Both the position numbers and the translations under genes were made by a program. Below, one piece after another: positions 19,950 to 20,000 of a stretch of DNA of 20,000 bases (position 1 is its first letter; the number at the start of each line of letters is the position of its first letter). The notes under the pieces are model-generated. The model ran no database searches, was not told the origin of the DNA, and saw only the letters and a list, made by a program, of their open reading frames with translations. The DNA lies in NCBI GenBank assembly GCA_000934665.2, contig JYFJ02001576.1:56111-76110 (forward strand). Direction: 5' to 3'. The DNA comes from Catajapyx aquilonaris. Taxonomy: Eukaryota.

Positions 19950-20000
19950 CAGGCGCGGATCCAGAAATGTTTTCAGGGGGGGCACAAGGGTATAGGTGGT
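19950..20000. mobile_element. Possible left end of a hAT-type MITE (truncated by the window)
   Basis: caggcgcggatccag...ggggggcac resembles CAGG-initiated hAT MITE termini. The partner end is not visible. Confidence 0.35.

Overview
Eukaryotic genomic DNA, most likely arthropod/insect (inferred from the protein sequences and repeat types). It holds two intron-containing genes head-to-head. On the minus strand is an atypical dual-specificity phosphatase (DUSP23-like; 2 coding exons, 8228..7929 and 6755..6555; 166 aa). On the plus strand is the mitochondrial import receptor TIMM50/Tim50 (6 coding exons, 9006..15958; 404 aa). Much of the rest is a dense mosaic of transposon relics: an internally deleted Tc1/mariner-type element, about ten foldback/MITE elements with different target-site duplications (TA, TTAA, 8 bp), three unrelated tRNA-derived SINEs with exact TSDs (one with a V-SINE-like core), and a decayed MADF-like fragment. 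The most striking item is a 1.34-kb element (18564..19903) bounded by the exact V(D)J RSS heptamer CACAGTG at both ends and a perfect 5-bp TSD (CAGTA), the hallmarks of Transib/RAG-type transposons. All calls were made by eye; no database searches were run.
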